Source: Candidatus Hydrogenedentota bacterium (lineage in GTDB: Bacteria; Hydrogenedentota; Hydrogenedentia; Hydrogenedentales; SLHB01). From it: DNA of 62,367 bases. The position numbers and the translations under genes are program-made. The stretch is taken from assembly GCA_016209895.1 (NCBI GenBank), contig JACQVH010000053.1, forward strand, positions 1-62,367. Reading direction: 5' to 3'. Below the pieces are notes generated by a model. It did no database searches. It worked only from the letters and a program-made list of their open reading frames with translations, and was not told the origin of the DNA. Below, one piece after another: positions 56,882 to 62,367 of this stretch (position 1 is its first letter; each line of letters starts with the position of its first letter).

Positions 56882-56931
56882 AAGTGGTTTACCGCCCGCC
56901 GCTAAGTATAATGTAGCAACTCAGACCAGTC

Positions 56932-57663
56932 ATGGATACCCATGTAACGAAACCCTTGGTGTCGGTAGTCGTCCCGTTCTACAACGAGGCGGAGAATGTG
57001 CCTCCGTTGATGGAACGGATTGCGGCCGTGTTCGATCAATTGTCCGGCTACGAGTATGAATGCGTATTTGTGAATGACGGCAGCACGGATGGGACCCGCG
57101 TCCAGTTGGAGAAGCTTCACGCCGCGAATTCCCGCGTGCGCCCCATCCATCTCCTGAGGAACAGCGGCCAGTCCGCGGCGCTGGTGGCGGGTTTGCGCCG
57201 GGCGCGCGGCGAGTTAGTTTTTACGCTCGACGGCGATCTCCAGAACGACCCCTGCGATTTCCCGAAGATGCTCGAATTATTGAAAGAATACGACTGCGTG
57301 TGTGGGTATCGTGCGAACAGGCACGATACGTGGGTGCGGAAAGTCTCGAGTCGCATCGCCAACCGCGTCCGCAATTGGGCGTTGCAAGATGGCATTCGCG
57401 ACGGTGGCTGCGGCGCGAAAGCATTTCGCCGGAAATGCCTCGAGCACATCGTGCCGTTCAATGGCGCGCACCGATTCCTCGCGGTCATGATGCGCAAGGC
57501 CGGCTTTACGATCGTTGAATGTGAGGTAACCCACCATCCGCGAGAGTTCGGGGTCTCAAAGTATGGGATCGGGAACCGGTTGTGGCGCGGCATCTACGAC
57601 CTGATCGGGGTCGGTTGGCTGCGCAAGCGTTACGTTGTCATCCGCGTCGAGGGGGAAGAATAG
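56932..57663 (+). CDS. GT2 polyprenol-phosphate glycosyltransferase (ArnC/DPM1-like)
   Basis: SVVVPFYNEAENV, VNDGSTDGT, RN.GQSAAL, DGDLQNDP, HRF, H.PR..G.SKY motifs. Confidence 0.92.
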   Translation: MDTHVTKPLVSVVVPFYNEAENVPPLMERIAAVFDQLSGYEYECVFVNDGSTDGTRVQLEKLHAANSRVRPIHLLRNSGQSAALVAGLRRARGELVFTLDGDLQNDPCDFPKMLELLKEYDCVCGYRANRHDTWVRKVSSRIANRVRNWALQDGIRDGGCGAKAFRRKCLEHIVPFNGAHRFLAVMMRKAGFTIVECEVTHHPREFGVSKYGIGNRLWRGIYDLIGVGWLRKRYVVIRVEGEE

Positions 57664-57664
57664 G

Positions 57665-58366
57665 ATGACGGATACGACCGGAGCGTCTGCCACGGACATG
57701 CTATGGTTCGCCTTCGGTTTGACGGCGCAAATCGTATTTCAGAGCCGCTTCTACATCCAGTGGCTCGCATCCGAACTCAAACGGAAGAGCGTGGTGCCGG
57801 TGGTGTTCTGGTACTTGAGCAGCGCCGGATCGATCATGCTGCTCATCTACGCAGTGCACGACCAGTCGCCAATCGGCGCCCTCGGCCAGAGCCTGAATAT
57901 CGTCATCTATTCACGAAACCTCATCCACATCTGGCGTGACCAAGGCCGATTGACTCAGCGGATGCGTCACGGCGTGCACGCTGGCGCCGCCCTAATCGCG
58001 ATGTTTGCCTTGTTGGCCGTCGCCCACATCTGGTGGCGCGAGTATCATCTCACCCGCGAGATGACCCGGAAGGAGGCCACCCAGGTATGGGTATGGCTGG
58101 CGGTGGGTTTGATTGGTCAGGGACTCTTCGCGGGTCGTTTCATCATTCAGTGGATTGCAACCGAAATCCGGCGGAAAAGCGTGTTTCCCACCGCCTTCTG
58201 GCATCTCAGTATGGTGGCAAGTTTGCTGCAACTGGCCTGCTTCCTTCAGCGCACCGAGTGGATTTTCGCGCTCGGCATGGTCGCCGGGTTGTTCATCTAC
58301 GCGCGTAACTTGTGGTTCATTTACCGGCACCGCGCTGCGCCCGAAGGCGCTCCGTTGCCGGAGTAA
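57665..58366 (+). CDS. Tandem lipid-A-disaccharide-synthase N-terminal (LAB_N) domain membrane protein
   Basis: Two repeats of G...F..RF..QW.A.E..RKSV.P..FW..S. Confidence 0.88.
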   Translation: MTDTTGASATDMLWFAFGLTAQIVFQSRFYIQWLASELKRKSVVPVVFWYLSSAGSIMLLIYAVHDQSPIGALGQSLNIVIYSRNLIHIWRDQGRLTQRMRHGVHAGAALIAMFALLAVAHIWWREYHLTREMTRKEATQVWVWLAVGLIGQGLFAGRFIIQWIATEIRRKSVFPTAFWHLSMVASLLQLACFLQRTEWIFALGMVAGLFIYARNLWFIYRHRAAPEGAPLPE

Positions 58367-58378
58367 GTCGAGCCGGCG

Positions 58379-60238
58379 ATGATCCCAGTCAAATATCAAC
58401 TCCCGGCGCTGCTGGCGCTGGCGATGGTGCTCTTCTCGGCCAATATCGGCGGATACGACCTCTGGCCGGAAGACCAGCCGCGCTTCGGCGAAGTCGCACG
58501 AGAAATGCTTCAGTCCGGCGATGGCTTGGTGCTGCGCGTCAACGGCCAGCCGTATCGCGAAAAACCGCCGCTGCTGTTTTGGCTGATCGCGCTCGTGTCC
58601 CGCCCCTTCGGCGATGTCACCGAATTCACCGCCCGCGTGCCCGTGGTCGTGGCGGGGGCGATAACGGTGGCTATGACCTACCTGCTGGCGGCCCGGCTTT
58701 ACGGTCCGCGTGTGGCATTCTGGGCCGCGCTCCTGCTCATGACCAACTGGCGCTTCTGGTGGCAGGCTCGCTCCGTTCAGACGGACATGATTCTCACCGC
58801 ATGCCTCGCGGGGTTCCTCTACGCGTTCTGGCGAAGGCATGAAACCAAGGACATAAAGTGGCTGATTGCGATGTACGCCTGCGTCACCGCGGCGCTCTAC
58901 GCGAAAGGCCCGCCGGGACTGGTATTCGCGTTGCTGCTGGTCTTCGCCTTCTACTGGAAGCAACCGGAAGAACGTCGCGCCACGCACCCCTGGATCGGTA
59001 CCGCGGTGGCCGTGCTGGGCATCGGTCTCTGGTTCATACCGGCATACCTGGCCCAGAGTTCCGGCCCGCCCGAAGCTGCCGAAACTGCGGCCGCCGCGAA
59101 TGTCTTCCGCCAAACCATCGGTCGCTTCTTCCTCGGCGTCAGTAAAGCGCAACCGCCCTGGTATTACCTCGGAACGCTACCGATGGATTGGCTGCCTTGG
59201 TCGCTGTTCTTGCCGTGGACGCTGCCCTGGGTATGGCAACGCCGCCGCGAAGGCAAAGCCATGCGCCTATTGTTGTGCTGGACACTCCCCGCGTTCGTCT
59301 TTTTTTCCATCTCGATCGGGAAACGCGCCTTGTATCTTTTGCCGATCTCACCGGCGCTCGCGATTCTGATCGCCCGCAGTCTGTTGGACCTGATGGAAGT
59401 TGACCGCACAACCTTGCGCGTGAGGACGGCCGCAACCTGGGGCATACTTCTCACGGTCCTGGCCGTGCTGCCGGTGGCCATTCAAGTCAAGTACCCACTG
59501 GATTGGAACCTCGCATTGGTCGCATTCTCGCTCTGCGCCCTGGTTATGGCCGCGTATATGCTGTTTCGTACCGGGACAACGGACATGTCCAGGCTGCCTA
59601 CGGCCGTGGCCGGGCAAGTGTGCATCTTGACGCTCCTCTGCGCCTACGGCATGTTCCCGGCCATCAATCCTCACAAATCGGCGCGGTATTTCTGCGAGCC
59701 GCTCCGAAAGCTGTCGGACGCCGGGCAATCGTACCGTCTTTATTCGCTCGGTTTCTCCCGCGAGGAGTATGTTTTTTACAGCAAGCATTTCCATACGCCG
59801 GTACTAACGGATTTGCTCGAGGTCCCGGGCATACCGGGTCTGACGCCGACGCAAATGGCGCGCCAACAACGAGAAATCCGCGAAGTAATCACCCGTGCCG
59901 TCGAGGAGGTACCCATCGAAGCCTTGGCAGCGGTTAACGACGAAGAACTGAGACGGCTGCAGACCGCTTTGCATACAGCGGTCAAAAAGAAGGACGTAAG
60001 AGACCACGTCGCCCAAGCCATCGAGCGGGCCTTTGAACACGCTATCGGGTCATTCGCGGCCGAATTCGAGCGGCCCGACCCCGCATTCCTGTTCGTCCAG
60101 GAAGAAGACTGGCGCTGGATTCTCGCCCTACATCCGAGGGTGAGAAACTATAGGCTAATCCACGTCAAACAGGTCGGCCGCCGCGAGGTTCTGCTTCTCG
60201 CCAACGAATCCGGCGCAAAGCTATACTCACCGCCATAA
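58379..60238 (+). CDS. ArnT-like GT-C glycosyltransferase
   Basis: DQPRFGEVAREM, EKPPLLFW, KGPPG, QPPWYY, K...YLLP motifs. Confidence 0.9.
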   Translation: MIPVKYQLPALLALAMVLFSANIGGYDLWPEDQPRFGEVAREMLQSGDGLVLRVNGQPYREKPPLLFWLIALVSRPFGDVTEFTARVPVVVAGAITVAMTYLLAARLYGPRVAFWAALLLMTNWRFWWQARSVQTDMILTACLAGFLYAFWRRHETKDIKWLIAMYACVTAALYAKGPPGLVFALLLVFAFYWKQPEERRATHPWIGTAVAVLGIGLWFIPAYLAQSSGPPEAAETAAAANVFRQTIGRFFLGVSKAQPPWYYLGTLPMDWLPWSLFLPWTLPWVWQRRREGKAMRLLLCWTLPAFVFFSISIGKRALYLLPISPALAILIARSLLDLMEVDRTTLRVRTAATWGILLTVLAVLPVAIQVKYPLDWNLALVAFSLCALVMAAYMLFRTGTTDMSRLPTAVAGQVCILTLLCAYGMFPAINPHKSARYFCEPLRKLSDAGQSYRLYSLGFSREEYVFYSKHFHTPVLTDLLEVPGIPGLTPTQMARQQREIREVITRAVEEVPIEALAAVNDEELRRLQTALHTAVKKKDVRDHVAQAIERAFEHAIGSFAAEFERPDPAFLFVQEEDWRWILALHPRVRNYRLIHVKQVGRREVLLLANESGAKLYSPP

Positions 60239-62367
60239 ATGAATCCGCATGCTCACAAGGCGACGTTCATTCCGTTCGTGGCAATTCTAGCGGTACTCCT
60301 TTTGCCGCATCACGTCCGCGCCACGGCCTCCGAACCGGTCACACTCTATTACTGGGGTTGGGACAGCGACGTGCTGGGCATGGACGTGATCCAGGAGTTC
60401 GAGCGGATGCACGACGGCCGTGATGGCAAGCCCCCCATCAAAGTCATCATGGGCCAATCGGCGGTGTGGAGCAAGGACAGCGACTTTCAGCGCCTGCTAT
60501 GCGGCGTGGTCGGCGGCGATCCTCCTGACGTAGTGTGGTACGGGCGCAATTCGACCGTGGCCTGGGCCTCGCGCGGCGCTTTTTTGTCCCTGCAACCGTT
60601 TCTCGAGCGCGATCTCGCGGAACGAACCAACGATCCGCTGACCCTGCGTAAAGAGATGTTCTGGGACCACTGCTGGACCGAAGCCAGTTACAACGGCGAG
60701 TTGTACTCCCTGCCGGCGGATACCGACGTCCGCGTGCTTTTCTATAACCTCGATGTCTTCGAAAAACATGCCGACGCCCTCAAAGCCCTCGGTTGCGTAG
60801 ACCCGAAGGACCCCACCCGCGTCGGTCCGCCGCAGACCTGGGACCAGCTCCGCGAATGCGTGAAGCTCCTATCCAAGTTCGACACGCGAGGACGGCTCCA
60901 GGACGTGGGTTACATTCCCAATTACGGAAACGCCTGGTTGTGCCTGTATGCCTGGCTCAACGGCGGCGAGTTCCTCAGTCCGGACGGACGAACCTGCACC
61001 ATGAATTCACCGCCCGTTGTGGACGCCCTCGCCTACATGACCGAACTCTATGACCTGATGGGCGGCGTCGAGCAGGTCCGCGCCTTCGAGACCTCCCTGC
61101 CGCTCGCCGATCTGGACCCGTTTATGACGGGTCGAGTGGCCATGAAGATTGACGTGGACGGCTTCATGAGCTACGTGGCTTGGATGCGGCGCGACATGCG
61201 CTTCGGTGTAGCCTTGCCGCCGGCCCCTGCCGGGAAACCGTCGGTGAGTTGGTCGGGCGGCTGGTCGTGGGTAATCCCGAAGAATAGCAAGCATCCGGAA
61301 GAGGCGTGGGAATTCGTCAAGTTCATGGCGTCCCGCAAGGCATACCAAATTCGCAACGACGCCATGGCCCAAATTACGCGCGCCAACGGCCGGCTCTTCG
61401 TCCCGCAAATCAGCGCGCGCCGTGATATTGCGGAATGGGCGATGGAACACTATCTCTACAGCGATCCCACCATCGAAGACAAATTCAAGGAAGGGATGCG
61501 GGTCTGCCTCGAGGCCTTGCCGCGCGCGCGGTTCCGACCACTCTCACCAGTGGGCCAACTCTGGTGGAACGAACACGTCAGCGCCATGGACGCCGGACTC
61601 TATAAGAAATACGACCCGAATGACATTCGACGCAACGCGCAACTGGCGCTGGACCGCGGCACCGCCGTCGTCCAAGCCGAACTCGACCGCATCTACCAGC
61701 CAAAACCGTACCCGGTGCTACGGTGGCAACCAATCGTGCTCGCTTACTTGGTCATCGTGGCCGTCGCTTCCCTCATGCTCTACCTATATTTCGACCGCAG
61801 GATGCAGGCGCGCGGCTACTTCCGAAAGGAATTTCGCGCCGGCTACACCTTCGCGTCGCCGTGGTTCATCGGATTCGTAATCTTCGGTGGCGGCCCCATT
61901 CTCTTTTCCCTCATCATGAGCTTCTGCGACTACGACGTATTCACCGCGCCCAAGTTCGTCGGCCTCGAGAACTACACCACACTTCTCACCGACGACCCGC
62001 TCTTCTACAAGTCTCTTTGGAACACCATATTTATGGTCATCGGCGTTCCGCTCGGCATGGCCGTGAGCCTGGCCATCGCCGTGTTGCTGAACTACCAGAT
62101 TCGCGGCATCGCCGTGTACCGCACGTTCTTCTATCTGCCCGCGATCATGCCCGCCGTCGCCGCCTCGATCCTCTGGATTTGGATATTCAATCCGCACCAA
62201 GGCATCTTAAACATGCTCCTGGGCAAAATCGGCATCGCGGGCCCGGCGTGGTTGCAAGACACGAATTGGTCGAAGCCGGCATTGATCGTGATGGGGCTGT
62301 GGGGCGCGGGCGGCGGCATGATCGTTTGGTTGGCGGGTCTCAAGGGAATCAGCGAATCGTACTATGA
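60239..62367 (+). CDS. Fused sugar ABC transporter solute-binding protein plus MalF-type permease (partial; runs off the window)
   Basis: Hand translation from ATG 60239: signal peptide, GGDPPDVV, LYSLP.D.DV..LFYN, GGWSWVIP, then ASPW.IGF, FVGLENY, SLWNT, FYLP, P.WL, AGLKGI; same frame at all spot checks, absent from the ORF track because there is no stop in the window. Confidence 0.88.
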   Translation, partial: MNPHAHKATFIPFVAILAVLLLPHHVRATASEPVTLYYWGWDSDVLGMDVIQEFERMHDGRDGKPPIKVIMGQSAVWSKDSDFQRLLCGVVGGDPPDVVWYGRNSTVAWASRGAFLSLQPFLERDLAERTNDPLTLRKEMFWDHCWTEASYNGELYSLPADTDVRVLFYNLDVFEKHADALKALGCVDPKDPTRVGPPQTWDQLRECVKLLSKFDTRGRLQDVGYIPNYGNAWLCLYAWLNGGEFLSPDGRTCTMNSPPVVDALAYMTELYDLMGGVEQVRAFETSLPLADLDPFMTGRVAMKIDVDGFMSYVAWMRRDMRFGVALPPAPAGKPSVSWSGGWSWVIPKNSKHPEEAWEFVKFMASRKAYQIRNDAMAQITRANGRLFVPQISARRDIAEWAMEHYLYSDPTIEDKFKEGMRVCLEALPRARFRPLSPVGQLWWNEHVSAMDAGLYKKYDPNDIRRNAQLALDRGTAVVQAELDRIYQPKPYPVLRWQPIVLAYLVIVAVASLMLYLYFDRRMQARGYFRKEFRAGYTFASPWFIGFVIFGGGPILFSLIMSFCDYDVFTAPKFVGLENYTTLLTDDPLFYKSLWNTIFMVIGVPLGMAVSLAIAVLLNYQIRGIAVYRTFFYLPAIMPAVAASILWIWIFNPHQGILNMLLGKIGIAGPAWLQDTNWSKPALIVMGLWGAGGGMIVWLAGLKGISESYY

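Overview
62.4 kb of a GC-rich, Gram-negative-type bacterial chromosome. Pilin style, a binding-protein/permease fusion, large sugar hydrolases and intergenic repeat families suggest a Hydrogenedentota/PVC-like host; this is inference only. From left to right: (1) 163-8304 (-): a compact, apparently intact phage-derived virion operon (portal, prohead protease, small TM protein, LigD-phosphoesterase-like/coiled-coil protein, cement protein, HK97-type capsid, head-tail adaptor, Dit, tail hub, short fibre-base protein). It has no terminase upstream and no tail tube or tape measure at their canonical position, no integrase is visible, and host-type heptamer repeats occupy its spacers. This is the best candidate for an undescribed domesticated particle system. 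(2) Host genes: PagL-like barrel, SSS transporter, Rrf2-hemerythrin-qNor NO module, DnaA-like ATPase/coiled-coil protein, HD hydrolase, sigma54-type pilin next to YfhO, TPR/Zn-ribbon proteins, Tat ceramidase-family protein. (3) A decaying defence islet (GIY-YIG, MTase remnant, ImmA/IrrE + DUF4411) and a repeat-dense spacer. (4) A GH20-like protein lacking its catalytic pair. (5) A lower-GC defence island at the 3' end of tRNA-Ser(CGA): a PD-(D/E)XK nuclease - Ser/Thr kinase (one in-frame TAA) - putative TIM-barrel triad, plus a type III R-M locus carrying a collapsed DUF433/DUF5615 TA module. (6) GH38, SSS, PIN TA pair, MDR, PhyH, ispE, BlaI/BlaR-like pair with clear operators, ArnC/LAB_N/ArnT cluster and an SBP-permease fusion that runs off the right edge. 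Many intergenic regions carry mosaic arrays with strict 7-nt or 9-nt register. All protein family calls come from motif recognition by eye; no searches were run.
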